Below are positions 8,567-18,315 of a stretch of DNA of 64,000 nt, in pieces. The DNA is taken from NCBI GenBank assembly GCA_903827975.1, contig CAIKKG010000014.1, positions 52,833 through 116,832 of the forward strand, read 5' to 3'. The notes beneath the pieces were generated by a model. The model made no database searches and was not told the origin of the DNA. It saw only the letters and a list, made by a program, of their open reading frames with translations. Position numbers and translations under genes: made by a program. The first letter of the stretch is position 1. Every line of letters begins with the position of its first letter. This DNA is from an uncultured bacterium (lineage in GTDB: Bacteria; Patescibacteriota; Minisyncoccia; UBA6257; GWB1-50-10).

Positions 8567-10018
8567 ATGGCACGCAACGAAGTTATATTACGATTTGATA
8601 AGGTTTCCTTTGAATTTGGACACCATTCCCCCATCCTAGATGAGGTTGATTTTTCAGTTCGCGAGGGAATGAAATTTACGCTTATGGGACAGAATGGCGC
8701 TGGAAAAACAACAATTTTCCAACTGATTACAGGAAGTCTAACTCCTGAGTCTGGAAAGGTTATTATTACTAATGATGCCTCCATCGCTATTGCTCGTCAG
8801 GTAATCCCAAGAGATCAGATGAGTCTTACGGTAAGAGAATTCTTTGAAAAGTGTTTCGATAAAAAAATATATGATATCGACCCTAGAATTGATGAGGTTC
8901 TTGAGGTTGTAAATTTAAATGCTCCACATGAAAGAACCGTCGGTTCTTTTTCAGGAGGTCAGCAAGCAAGGCTTTTACTTGCTTCAGCTCTCATTCAGAA
9001 GCCAGACCTGCTTTTACTTGATGAGCCTACAAATAATCTTGATAAGGCTGGCATCGCCCACCTTACACAGTTTCTTATTGATTATAAGAAGACATGCATA
9101 GTAATTTCTCACGATGCAGACTTTTTGAACGCATTCACACATGGTGTTTTATACTTGGATGTTTTCACAAGGAAAATGGAGCAGTACTCTGGTGACTACA
9201 AGGATGTGGTAGCCGAGATTTCTGCACGTATAGAAAAAGAAAACAGAAAGAATGCTTTACTTGAAAAAGAAATACAAGCAAACAAAGATAAGGTAAACTT
9301 TTTTGCACACAAGGGAGGACAGATGAGGTTGGTTGCAAAGAAAATGAGAGAGAAGGTTGAGGAGATGGAGGCCGCAAAAGTTGATGTGCGTAAGGAGGAT
9401 AAAACAATCCGTCAGTTTTTTATTCCTTCACAGCCAGAGCTAATTGGTGAGATTCTTAATATCTCAACTGTTTCAATATTCAAGGATCACAAACCAACGG
9501 TAAAAAAGGTTAAGATTTCAATGAAGAAGAATCAGCACTTACTCCTCGTAGGAAGAAATGGAATTGGAAAAAGTACTCTTCTTGAGGCATTAACACATAA
9601 AGATAACAAAGGTTCCACAATAGCAGAGGATGTTCGTGTAGGATATTACCGCCAGGATTTCTCAACACTAAATTTCGAGGATACTGTATATAATTCATTA
9701 GCATCTGTTGCTGATAATGTAGGAGAGGAGCAATTACGATCAGCTGCATCCGGATTTCTTATTGATGAGGATATGATGAGGCAGAAGATAGGCTCATTGT
9801 CAGAAGGTCAGAAAGGACTTGTGGCATTCGCACAACTCGTCTTACTAAGGCCTGGACTCTTAATACTTGATGAACCTACAAACCATATTAATTTTCGTCA
9901 TATACCTATAATAGCTAATGCTTTAAATAAGTATGAGGGAGCAATGATATTAGTAAGTCACGTGCCGGAATTTATTGAACAGATTCGTATTGACGAGACA
10001 TTTGATTTAGAAAAATAG
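8567..10018 (+). CDS. ABC-F family ATPase (tandem ABC domains, no TMD; translation-factor type)
   Basis: Two Walker A (GQNGAGKTT, GRNGIGKST) and two signature/Walker B sets (LSGGQQARL...LLLDEPTNNLD; LSEGQKGLV...LILDEPTNHI) with a charged linker; ATG at 8567 preferred over the ORF-track start 8528. Confidence 0.85.
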   Translation: MARNEVILRFDKVSFEFGHHSPILDEVDFSVREGMKFTLMGQNGAGKTTIFQLITGSLTPESGKVIITNDASIAIARQVIPRDQMSLTVREFFEKCFDKKIYDIDPRIDEVLEVVNLNAPHERTVGSFSGGQQARLLLASALIQKPDLLLLDEPTNNLDKAGIAHLTQFLIDYKKTCIVISHDADFLNAFTHGVLYLDVFTRKMEQYSGDYKDVVAEISARIEKENRKNALLEKEIQANKDKVNFFAHKGGQMRLVAKKMREKVEEMEAAKVDVRKEDKTIRQFFIPSQPELIGEILNISTVSIFKDHKPTVKKVKISMKKNQHLLLVGRNGIGKSTLLEALTHKDNKGSTIAEDVRVGYYRQDFSTLNFEDTVYNSLASVADNVGEEQLRSAASGFLIDEDMMRQKIGSLSEGQKGLVAFAQLVLLRPGLLILDEPTNHINFRHIPIIANALNKYEGAMILVSHVPEFIEQIRIDETFDLEK

Positions 10019-10028
10019 AATAAAAATA

Positions 10029-10058
10029 AACCCCGAATTTAATCGGGGTTTATTTTTT
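10029..10058. terminator. Bidirectional hairpin terminator between ABC-F (+) and DEAD-box helicase (-)
   Basis: aaccccgaatttaatcggggtt flanked by A-run and T-run. Confidence 0.7.
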
Positions 10059-11682
10059 ATCTTCCTCCAAATTTTGCTGGCCTAGAACCACGGCTTCTGA
10101 ATCTTGGCGTCTTTCTATCCTGAGATGCTCCTGGAGCGCCGGATGTTCTTGGTGCATAAGATGAGCCAGCCCTTGGTGCTCGTGATGAACCTGATGTTCT
10201 TTGCGCATATCCCGAGCTAGGTGTTCTTGGTGCGTATGATGAACCTGTTCGTGGCGCGTACGATGAGCCAGATGTTCTTGGTCCACTTGAAGTTCTTGGT
10301 GCGTATGATGAACCTGTTCGTGGCGCGTACGATGAGCCAGATGTTCTTGGTGCATAAGACGAACCTGAAGTTCTTGGTGCGTATGATGAACCAGCGTGAG
10401 TTGGTCTTGAAGAAGGTGTTCGTGAGTGAGATGAGTTTGCTCTATCCCTATTCATATGAGGGAACCTTCGTGAAGGCGCCTGACGTCTCTCTTCGCGCTC
10501 AGGTGGAATTCCTGTTTTTACTGAAGGTAATGCTTGAGGTAGCTCAGGCAGTTTTGAAACTGGGAGTGTTGATCTAATAAGTTTTTCAATCGAGCGGATA
10601 TCATCGCGCTGATTTGGGCGGGCAAATGAAATTGCATGACCACTAACACCTGCACGGCCAGTTCGTCCTATGCGGTGAACATAATCCTCTGCATTTTCAG
10701 GAAGGTCATAGTTTATAACAACCTCAATATTACTTACATCAATACCACGAGCTGCAATATCAGTTGCAACAAGAACACGGAACCTACCATTTTTGAACCC
10801 TTCTAATGCTTCACGTCTCTGACCAAGTGAGCGATTCGAGTGAATCTCCGCTGCTGCATGTCCTAAAAAGCGGACAGTTGCTGCAATTCTTTTTGCATTA
10901 TGTTTTGTTCTAGAAAATACGAGGACTGAACCGTTGTATTCCTGCAATAATTTTTCTAAAAGTCTAGCCTTATCCTCCTGTGAAACTATAAATAATTCCT
11001 GAGTTACATCTTTTGCGGTACTACCTGAACGCGCTATTTCAATGCGAACCGGCAATTTCATGTATGTCCTTGCAATTATTACGATTTCCTCAGGCATTGT
11101 TGCTGAGAAAAGCATTGTCTGTCTCTCCTCAGGAATTGAAGAGATAATTTGTTTTAATTGTGGAGCAAAACCCATATCAAGCATTCTGTCTGCTTCATCA
11201 AGCACAAGCATTGAAACCTTATCAAGGTTTATTGTTTTCTGGTCTACATGATCAATCAATCTTCCAGGTGTTCCTATTACAATATCAGGGCGTCGCGCTA
11301 ATGAGCGAAGTTGTCGTGACATTGGCTCACCTCCAATTATTACTGATGTTTTTACACCAAGTTGAAGACCAACTGTATTCAATGACTCTGCAACCTGAAT
11401 AGCAAGTTCACGTGTTGGTACTACAATAAGACCAAGTCCGTTAGCTTTTAAAATTCTCTGTATCATTGGGATACCAAATGCGAGTGTTTTTCCAGTTCCT
11501 GTTTGTGCTACACCCATAACATCCTTTCCTTCCATTGCAATCGGAATAGCCTGTTCTTGAATAGGCGTTGGTTTTGTAAAATTAAGCTTTGCAAGGATTC
11601 CTAGTATTCCTGGAGCAATTCCAAGTCCTTCAAATCCCCTTTCGTTATTTGTCATTCGGGCACTATCATAACACATTGACAA
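10057..11682 (-). CDS. DEAD-box ATP-dependent RNA helicase with repetitive S/Y/R/P-rich C-terminal tail
   Basis: Q-motif, AQTGTGKT, VLDEADRMLDMGF, SAT, HRIGRTGRAG motifs; C-terminus is tandem SGSSYAPRT repeats. Confidence 0.9.
   Translation of the reverse strand: MSMCYDSARMTNNERGFEGLGIAPGILGILAKLNFTKPTPIQEQAIPIAMEGKDVMGVAQTGTGKTLAFGIPMIQRILKANGLGLIVVPTRELAIQVAESLNTVGLQLGVKTSVIIGGEPMSRQLRSLARRPDIVIGTPGRLIDHVDQKTINLDKVSMLVLDEADRMLDMGFAPQLKQIISSIPEERQTMLFSATMPEEIVIIARTYMKLPVRIEIARSGSTAKDVTQELFIVSQEDKARLLEKLLQEYNGSVLVFSRTKHNAKRIAATVRFLGHAAAEIHSNRSLGQRREALEGFKNGRFRVLVATDIAARGIDVSNIEVVINYDLPENAEDYVHRIGRTGRAGVSGHAISFARPNQRDDIRSIEKLIRSTLPVSKLPELPQALPSVKTGIPPEREERRQAPSRRFPHMNRDRANSSHSRTPSSRPTHAGSSYAPRTSGSSYAPRTSGSSYAPRTGSSYAPRTSSGPRTSGSSYAPRTGSSYAPRTPSSGYAQRTSGSSRAPRAGSSYAPRTSGAPGASQDRKTPRFRSRGSRPAKFGGR
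10118..10400. repeat. Coding tandem repeat (27-nt unit, with a ~60-70-nt higher-order duplicate)
   Basis: gttcttggtgcgtatgatgaacctg... repeated >=8 times; creates spurious overlapping ORFs 10050..10355(-) and 10221..10577(+). Confidence 0.85.
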
Positions 11683-11727
11683 AATAAAGCAAATATTTTA
11701 TTTTCCACCACCTTTTATGCGAAAAAA

Positions 11728-11747
11728 CCCCCGCCAATAGGAGGGGG
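11728..11747 (-). terminator. Rho-independent terminator for the ClpP-family gene
   Basis: ccccc..ggggg hairpin followed by TTTTTT on the minus strand. Confidence 0.6.
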
Positions 11748-11759
11748 TCTAGTTAAAAT

Positions 11760-12302
11760 TCACTTTAATTTAAACATATTAGTATCAGCAACCGCATCAG
11801 CTAGACCTAGTTTTACAGCCTCATTTGCTGAGATTGAGGTCTCATTTGTCATAAATCGCTTCATTTTACTAGGCGAAAGTAGACCCCCTGATCTTTCCGA
11901 CAAAATATTACAGTAGTTCTTCATGCCAGCATTCAGTTCTTTTCCAAATGTAATAAGTCTTTTGGGACCCAGGGTACTTTCAGCACTTATATCCATAACG
12001 TAAAAGTCATGGAAAAATAATGTGGTATTCGGCATAAGAAGTCGCACTTTGCCTGAGGCTAGAATTAAGGGTGCAATTGAGCGCACGGTTCCAGTGCCGA
12101 TTGTGATGAGTTTTGGCTTTAGGATTTTCATATTGTCATAAAATGAAAAGCCAACGTCTGTCTCCCCTCCATTACTAAAAAGGAAAAGCCCTATGGGTTC
12201 CTTTGGGGCCTCTTCTATTAAATCCATAATCCTTCCCAATACTCTATCAAAATTCTTTTGGTCAATGTCACCTATCCACTTAATCATGCGACTGAGCTTC
12301 AT
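11760..12302 (-). CDS. ClpP-family (S14) peptidase-like protein, short form
   Basis: LFLFSNGGETDVGFSFYDNMKILKPKLITIGTGTVRSIA aligns with ClpP INSPGG...YDTMQFIKP...GQAASMG; Ser and His positions conserved, third triad residue uncertain; no clpX adjacent. Confidence 0.55.
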   Translation of the reverse strand: MKLSRMIKWIGDIDQKNFDRVLGRIMDLIEEAPKEPIGLFLFSNGGETDVGFSFYDNMKILKPKLITIGTGTVRSIAPLILASGKVRLLMPNTTLFFHDFYVMDISAESTLGPKRLITFGKELNAGMKNYCNILSERSGGLLSPSKMKRFMTNETSISANEAVKLGLADAVADTNMFKLK

Positions 12303-12429
12303 AAGCCCTCCATTTGTGATTGCTTTTTTATGTACTAATTACAAAATAATACTCAGAGGATTGGAAGTCAAATCAGTAAATCTATTAGTATATACTTATA
12401 TAAAGGTCGTAAACTATTTATTTTAGAAA

Positions 12430-12639
12430 ATGAAAATATTACATCAAATTACTTTCGTGCTTTTAGTTGTTGGAGGTTTGAATTGGCTTACATTTGCATT
12501 TGACTATGACCTAGTAGCAATGCTTTTGGGAGCTGGTAGCATGCTTTCGCAGATTGTTTATATTCTTGTAGGTCTCTCAGCGCTTGTGCAGGTTTTTACT
12601 CACATGAGTAGCTGTAAGGAGTGCGAGAAAAAAGTATAA
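12430..12639 (+). CDS. DUF378-type small membrane protein
   Basis: 69 aa, two TM helices with GGLNW motif. Confidence 0.5.
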   Translation: MKILHQITFVLLVVGGLNWLTFAFDYDLVAMLLGAGSMLSQIVYILVGLSALVQVFTHMSSCKECEKKV

Positions 12640-12651
12640 GTATTATAAAAA

Positions 12652-12679
12652 ATACGGCACTTATGTGCCGTATTTTTTT
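12652..12679. terminator. Bidirectional hairpin terminator
   Basis: atacggcacttatgtgccgtat flanked by A-run and T-run. Confidence 0.7.
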
Positions 12680-13370
12680 ATACTTTCATTTTCAATTTTG
12701 ATACTTCTGCTTCCGTAAGTTGTCGATATTTACCTGAGGTAATGTCCTTAAGTGTTATATCACCAATTCGCGTTCTCTTTAGGCGATTTATGGTTAGATA
12801 TACAGCAGAACACATTCTGCGTATCTGGTGCTTTTTACCTTCTCGCAAAATGATTTTAAATATGCGAGGGCCGATCATTTTGGTTTTGGCAGGCAATGTC
12901 ATTCCTTCTGCAAGCATAATACCAGTCTCCATTTTTTTAAGCTTACCAGGTGTTAGTGGCTCACTTACCTCGACCTCATACTCCTTTTCAATAAGATGGT
13001 CTGTTCCTGTAACAGTTGAGGTTATGGTTCCGTCATTTGATAGAAGTAGTAAGCCCTCACTTTCCTTATCTAGTCTTCCAACAGTATTTAAATAAGTAAA
13101 TTCTGGAAGCAAATCAAAAACCGTAGGCCCCTCCTCCTTTATTTTTGATGATACAACCCCTCGTGGCTTATTGAACGCAATTGTAATTTTCTTTCCAAGC
13201 GAAGGTCTCGCTGATTGAATAATCTCAACTTTGTCCTTTTCCGGATCAATCTGAGTTCCAAGCTCCTTTACTACCTTGCCATTAACAGTGATAAAACCTT
13301 TTAACATAAAATCCTCCGTCTCTCTACGGGAAAGTATTTTCTGTTCAGATAGATATTTCTGTATTCGCAT
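12678..13370 (-). CDS. rRNA pseudouridine synthase, RsuA/RluB family (S4 domain + catalytic domain)
   Basis: MRIQKYLSE..(S4), FNKPRGVVSS, VGRLDKESEGLLLLSNDG catalytic Asp motif; ATG at 13370 preferred over ORF-track 13406. Confidence 0.85.
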   Translation of the reverse strand: MRIQKYLSEQKILSRRETEDFMLKGFITVNGKVVKELGTQIDPEKDKVEIIQSARPSLGKKITIAFNKPRGVVSSKIKEEGPTVFDLLPEFTYLNTVGRLDKESEGLLLLSNDGTITSTVTGTDHLIEKEYEVEVSEPLTPGKLKKMETGIMLAEGMTLPAKTKMIGPRIFKIILREGKKHQIRRMCSAVYLTINRLKRTRIGDITLKDITSGKYRQLTEAEVSKLKMKV

Positions 13371-13406
13371 TGTTCCTATAGTAAACGAACTGCTGATAAC
13401 ACACAA

Positions 13407-14420
13407 CTAATGACCGGCAAGTCCGGTTTTAATAAACTGTTTTACAATTACCTCAACCTCCTTAGAATTCTTTGCTCCCATGAGTTCTATTCGTAATTCT
13501 TTTGCGCCATCAAAGCCTGAAGCATACGCTTTATAATGCTTTTTCATAATATCAAAGCGCTTTATATCTTTATACATCTTCTCAAACAATTTCGTGTGCT
13601 CAACCATAACCTTCATTCGCTCCTTTAGTGGGATTTCTTTTCCCTCAAATTTACGGTTAAAAAGCCATGGATTTCCAAAAATTGCGCGCCCGAGCATCAC
13701 ACCATCCACCCCATACTTTCTAACCTTATCTTCCGCATCTTTAATATCTCGCACATCGCCATTTCCCAATATTAGAGCACGAGACGGAGATGAGTCATAT
13801 TTTTTTGCCATTACAACTGCCTCACCTATAACATCCCATTGTGCGGGCGCCTTCGACATTTCTTTTCGAGTTCGTGCGTGGATAGTGATTGCCGAAGGCT
13901 CAGCCTCTAACAGAATAGGTAACCATTCTTTTAGAATATTTGTGTTGTAACCTATTCTTGTTTTTACAGAGACTGGCATGTCACCAGCACCTTTTTTAGC
14001 TGCCAGAATTAGTTCCCTAGCAAGTTTCGGATTTTTAATAAGTGCCGCCCCAGCTCCCTGTTTTTCTATCGCTTTGTCAGGACAGCCCATATTTATATCT
14101 AACCCATCAAATTTTAATTTTCTAATAAGTCTTGCGCATTCCTCCATTTGATCTGGTCTGCTTCCAAATAGCTGAGCAACAATAGGCCGCTCTGACTTAT
14201 CAAAGTCTAAATCTTTAAGTAATCTTGGGCGCCCCTTCTCGGAGCATAGACCAGCACATGCTACAAACTCAGTCCATATAACATCAGGCTTACCATGTTT
14301 AGCAATAATACGTCTGAATGCAGCATCTGTTACATCAGCCATCGGGGCTAGTACGAATACCGGTCTTTTAATTTTTTTCCAAAATCCTTTTATCATTTTG
14401 TCATAGCAAGAAGACCCCAT
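13407..14420 (-). CDS. dus: tRNA-dihydrouridine synthase
   Basis: FVLAPMADVTDAAFRRI..., TIM-barrel Dus family motifs, conserved Cys (NMGCP). Confidence 0.9.
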   Translation of the reverse strand: MGSSCYDKMIKGFWKKIKRPVFVLAPMADVTDAAFRRIIAKHGKPDVIWTEFVACAGLCSEKGRPRLLKDLDFDKSERPIVAQLFGSRPDQMEECARLIRKLKFDGLDINMGCPDKAIEKQGAGAALIKNPKLARELILAAKKGAGDMPVSVKTRIGYNTNILKEWLPILLEAEPSAITIHARTRKEMSKAPAQWDVIGEAVVMAKKYDSSPSRALILGNGDVRDIKDAEDKVRKYGVDGVMLGRAIFGNPWLFNRKFEGKEIPLKERMKVMVEHTKLFEKMYKDIKRFDIMKKHYKAYASGFDGAKELRIELMGAKNSKEVEVIVKQFIKTGLAGH

Positions 14421-14441
14421 CAGATGATGGGGTCTGTTGCC

Positions 14442-15791
14442 TTATTTTTTTAATATCTCCCTCACCCTCTCAACTAGATTTTTTTGTTTTACCTCTTCCT
14501 GAGTTCTAGCCCCCATGTCTTTTATAAGTGCTGAAGATTTTTCTGTTTCTGTTGCGCCAATAATTATTACTATTGGAATTTCCATATTTACTGCATATGC
14601 GAGCTGACCCTTAATATTACCTTCATTTCCAAGATAAAATTCGGTATTGATTCCACTAGCTCTTAATTCCGAAGCATTTTTTATAATATCGTGCTCTCCA
14701 GCCTCATCAAAATTTAAAAATAATACATCAGTTACAGTCTTTTCTTTTTTCACAAGCTCAAGTTGCTCCATAGCAACAAATAATCTATCGATTCCGATTG
14801 ATGTGCCAACTGCTGGAATTGAAGAACCTCCAAATCTTTCAATCAGGTTATCATAACGGCCACCTGAGAAAACACTACCAATCTGTGGCATATCTGTAAG
14901 TATTGTCTCGTAAACTGTTCCCGTGTAGTATCCAAGACCTCTCGCGACTGAAAAATCTATTTTCCACGCTTCATTTGGAACACCAAGCCACTCCAGATAT
15001 TTTGCAACCTCTCTCAACTCCTCGATTCCCTCAATGGCAACGGGAACATCACGCATACACTTTATTCCATCTTCGAGAGTATCCTTATAATTAGTATTTT
15101 TTATTGATAAGAATTTTTTAACTTTCTCGCTTTGCGTCTCATCTAAGCTAGCTCCCTTCTCGTCTGATAATTCTTTCAGAACATCATCCCATGATTGCTT
15201 ACCTAGCTTATCAATTGATCTCAGCACAGACTCAGTCTTTGAATCTTCAAATCCAGCATATTCTGCGAGACCATTTAAAATTTTTCTATTATTTACTCTA
15301 ATCAAAAAGTTAGAAACTCCAAGTGCCCTCATTGTTTCATACATTAGGGCTATAATCTCGGCATCCGCCGTTGCTTTGTTTGAGCCAACAATATCTGCGT
15401 CACACTGAACAAACTCGCGATATCTTCCAGCCTGCTGCCTCTCTCCACGCCAGACCTTTCCTATCTGAAATCTCTTAAATGGTTTTTTAAGAGTGCTCTG
15501 ATTTGCTGCAATTACGCGAGCTAGTGGTACTGTTAAATCAAATCTTAGAGATAGTTCATGTTCGTCTTCTTCATTTGATTTTGCTGATACAACTCCATAC
15601 ACCTGCTTTTTAAAGCTTGAATCTCCACTTGTTAATATTTCGGTCTTCTCAATTCCTGGAGTATCAAGGGGTACAAAACCAAACCGCTCAAATGTTTCAC
15701 GTATTGCGTTAAACATTTTTTCGCGTGGAATCATATCTTCCGGTAGATAATCACGAAAGCCGCCGGGTAGTTTTGGTTCTATTTCTTGCAT
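14442..15791 (-). CDS. hisS: Histidyl-tRNA synthetase
   Basis: Class II motifs (GGFRDYLP, ...RFQIGKVWRGERQQAGRYREFVQCD..., GGRYD) and C-terminal anticodon-binding domain. Confidence 0.9.
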   Translation of the reverse strand: MQEIEPKLPGGFRDYLPEDMIPREKMFNAIRETFERFGFVPLDTPGIEKTEILTSGDSSFKKQVYGVVSAKSNEEDEHELSLRFDLTVPLARVIAANQSTLKKPFKRFQIGKVWRGERQQAGRYREFVQCDADIVGSNKATADAEIIALMYETMRALGVSNFLIRVNNRKILNGLAEYAGFEDSKTESVLRSIDKLGKQSWDDVLKELSDEKGASLDETQSEKVKKFLSIKNTNYKDTLEDGIKCMRDVPVAIEGIEELREVAKYLEWLGVPNEAWKIDFSVARGLGYYTGTVYETILTDMPQIGSVFSGGRYDNLIERFGGSSIPAVGTSIGIDRLFVAMEQLELVKKEKTVTDVLFLNFDEAGEHDIIKNASELRASGINTEFYLGNEGNIKGQLAYAVNMEIPIVIIIGATETEKSSALIKDMGARTQEEVKQKNLVERVREILKK

Positions 15792-15799
15792 TGTTTTGA

Positions 15800-18304
15800 T
15801 TATGCCATAGGTTTACGGATTGCAGAATTAACCTGATCAGCATATTCTGGCGCTGACATATATGCCTTAAGACCAACTGCGCTCGTATTGTATACTGCTC
15901 CATTTGTTCCACGATATTCAAACCCATCACCCATCTGCCTTACTAGATATATTTCAGGTTTTTGATCATTCAAATATAGTGTCCTTGGCTCCCACTTTGA
16001 TATGCTCTGTCCAACGCCAGCCTGTGGAAGTTCTTGTGACTGAGAAAGTTCATGGAAATAATCCATATGACCTTCTAGTTTCGCTGTAAGTAGCTTGCCA
16101 CTCTCCTCATCAATATATCTTCCAAATGACTCATGATTCATACGACTTCCCTGACCTAGATAATCTGCGTATATACGCGCATCGTGCGAACTTAAACCAT
16201 TAAGCTTTCCCAGTTCAACAACTGAGTATCTTAGTAAGGTTGTGTCTGAGATATCCTGCGAAAATTCTCCATTAAGAGTGCCCTCGTGTATTTTGTGCAA
16301 TGTGTCAGCTAATTCAGGGTGTAATACAACGTACTTTGGGTTTTCACTTGCAAATCTAACTAGATATTCAGCACCGCTCGCATTAATTCCAGCCGTACCA
16401 TCCGTTGAAGACTCGATGCTGGCTTTGTACAAATCAATATTATTTTGTATTGCCTCTTCATCAATTAGTGTTTCGGCGGCCACCTCACCAGCAACAGCCT
16501 CACCAGCAATAACTTCAACTTGCTCCACTGGACTGTGTAGGGCCTCATACTGAATCCTATTTGATTCAAGTATGGAGCTAATCTGAGCTGTTGAAAGACC
16601 TCTTGCCTGACCTAATATTTTATCCAAATCATCCTTCGCAAACATTCCCTGAAGTTCCTTAGCTCCCCATCCAATCTTTATATGATCGACGTCTGTTAGG
16701 CCATATTTTTGAGGGTCTTCTGCCACCATGTCTTTATAGTGATCAATGACAAGTGTTCGCTGAGCCTCATTTAAATCCTTGAATCCAGGAACATTTTTTT
16801 CCAAGTCATGCTGAATAACACGCCAAACGGAATCTCCAGACTTTGCTGATGTTAATTCCCATACCTTTCCTACTGGCACTGGTTGCACATCATGCTCCGC
16901 CCTAAAATGTGCTGCATTGTTTTGGGACGGGTCGTTCGACGCGGCTGATGGATGTTCCGCATTAAAATGTGCTGCGCTATTTTGTGACGGGTCATAAGGC
17001 GCGGCTGATGGATGTTCCGCATTAAAATGTGCTGCATTAGCTACATGAATATTTGCTCTATCAGCATCTGAAATACTCACACCAGAATTATGAGGCACAC
17101 CTACTGAACTATTTCCACCAGAAGTACCAGTTGTTATAGAATCAACTCCTGAGGGTTCGAATATAGAATTGATTGCGGCCCCAGTACCAAAACCAACCAG
17201 AAGACCTGTTGCCACTGCGGTGCCGACGCGTGCCCACTTATATTTTGATTTAATCTTTTTTTCCTTTTCTCTAATCTCCTCATCGAGTTCTTGTGTTCTT
17301 GCAAGATTCATCTCTGTGAGCAATGCAAAATTTTCCATAATTGCAAGATTTATTAACTCGCTATTTTCTCCCAATGCGAATTCCCCACCAGCAATTACAC
17401 CGCTTCGCATCTTTTCAAGACTCTTTTTTTCAGCAGTGTCCAAAAGTTTTTCACTCACATATTTTTGAATAAGGCCTGATGCGGTAGCTCCAAAAAGACC
17501 CCTGACCATTCTTAACCCAAGAGCTCCAACGCCACCAGTTGCTCCCGCGGCTACAAAACCAACGGTTGATGAGATTGCAATTCTTGCAGCCTTTGGCATT
17601 GCAATCCATTTTGACCAGGCTTTTTTTATAAGGCTAGGCTCATTTTCTTTTTCTGCTTTGTTAGCTCTCTCCTTAGCAGCGTGATTTTTTTCAAGCTCCA
17701 ACATCGACATCCTCGTAAGTTCCATCTCATACGCTGGATTTTCAACGCCACCTTTTAAGATATCACTGGTGATTTTTTCATTAATCGTATTTTCATCAAA
17801 TCCTTCCGCCTCGTATTTTTCCTTAAGAGCTTCTACCTTATCGCTCATAAGTTGTTGCTTAAGATCTAAGAGTCTACTTTTAAATTCCTCATCAATTCCA
17901 CCGACACGCTCTTTTGCATGCTCAATATCAACCTCTTTAATTAACTTTGACCATTCGGAGTCTACTGACGTGCCATTCTCTTTTGCACGACTAACAGCCT
18001 TCTGACGAAGTTCCTCAGATATTTCCTGAAGTTTACATAATGAATTCGCTTTTTCTAGTGCTTGTCTGGTAAAAGACTGATATATATTGTCAAGATAATT
18101 TCTTTGTTCCTCAATTGACTGAACCTCTCCAGCTTTCTGCTTGTCTTGAAAGGCTTTTATCTCCTCCTTGGTTTTCTCATCAATATTACTTGTAAATAAT
18201 TGCACTCCACCTTCAGACAAAAATAAGGCCGTTTCTATTCTTTCCCTTTCTATATCTGAGAGAACCTCCTCAGTCTCGTGACCGCCTGGCGTTTCTGGTG
18301 ACAT
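15800..18304 (-). CDS. Large (834 aa) hypothetical membrane protein with N-terminal coiled-coil, Gly/Ala-rich TM segments and tandem HFNAEHPSAA..DPSQN repeats
   Basis: Coiled-coil rich N-half, hydrophobic G/A-rich helices around aa 230-370, three ~20-aa tandem repeats, structured C-terminal domain; stop 8 nt upstream of hisS start. Confidence 0.6.
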   Translation of the reverse strand: MSPETPGGHETEEVLSDIERERIETALFLSEGGVQLFTSNIDEKTKEEIKAFQDKQKAGEVQSIEEQRNYLDNIYQSFTRQALEKANSLCKLQEISEELRQKAVSRAKENGTSVDSEWSKLIKEVDIEHAKERVGGIDEEFKSRLLDLKQQLMSDKVEALKEKYEAEGFDENTINEKITSDILKGGVENPAYEMELTRMSMLELEKNHAAKERANKAEKENEPSLIKKAWSKWIAMPKAARIAISSTVGFVAAGATGGVGALGLRMVRGLFGATASGLIQKYVSEKLLDTAEKKSLEKMRSGVIAGGEFALGENSELINLAIMENFALLTEMNLARTQELDEEIREKEKKIKSKYKWARVGTAVATGLLVGFGTGAAINSIFEPSGVDSITTGTSGGNSSVGVPHNSGVSISDADRANIHVANAAHFNAEHPSAAPYDPSQNSAAHFNAEHPSAASNDPSQNNAAHFRAEHDVQPVPVGKVWELTSAKSGDSVWRVIQHDLEKNVPGFKDLNEAQRTLVIDHYKDMVAEDPQKYGLTDVDHIKIGWGAKELQGMFAKDDLDKILGQARGLSTAQISSILESNRIQYEALHSPVEQVEVIAGEAVAGEVAAETLIDEEAIQNNIDLYKASIESSTDGTAGINASGAEYLVRFASENPKYVVLHPELADTLHKIHEGTLNGEFSQDISDTTLLRYSVVELGKLNGLSSHDARIYADYLGQGSRMNHESFGRYIDEESGKLLTAKLEGHMDYFHELSQSQELPQAGVGQSISKWEPRTLYLNDQKPEIYLVRQMGDGFEYRGTNGAVYNTSAVGLKAYMSAPEYADQVNSAIRKPMA
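16896..17040. repeat. 60-nt coding tandem repeat (~2.4 copies)
   Basis: gctgatggatgttccgcattaaaatgtgctgc...gacgggtc.t..ggcgcg repeated head-to-tail. Confidence 0.8.
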
Positions 18305-18315
18305 ATATTAGATAA

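Noticed and set aside
8497-8784. 95-aa minus ORF overlapping the ABC-F start/promoter
   Set aside because: Covers the promoter palindrome and is antisense to the Walker A region; spurious.
10050-10577. ORFs 10050..10355(-) and 10221..10577(+) with repetitive HQEH / FLVRMMN peptides
   Set aside because: Alternative-frame readings of the 27-nt tandem repeat in the helicase tail.
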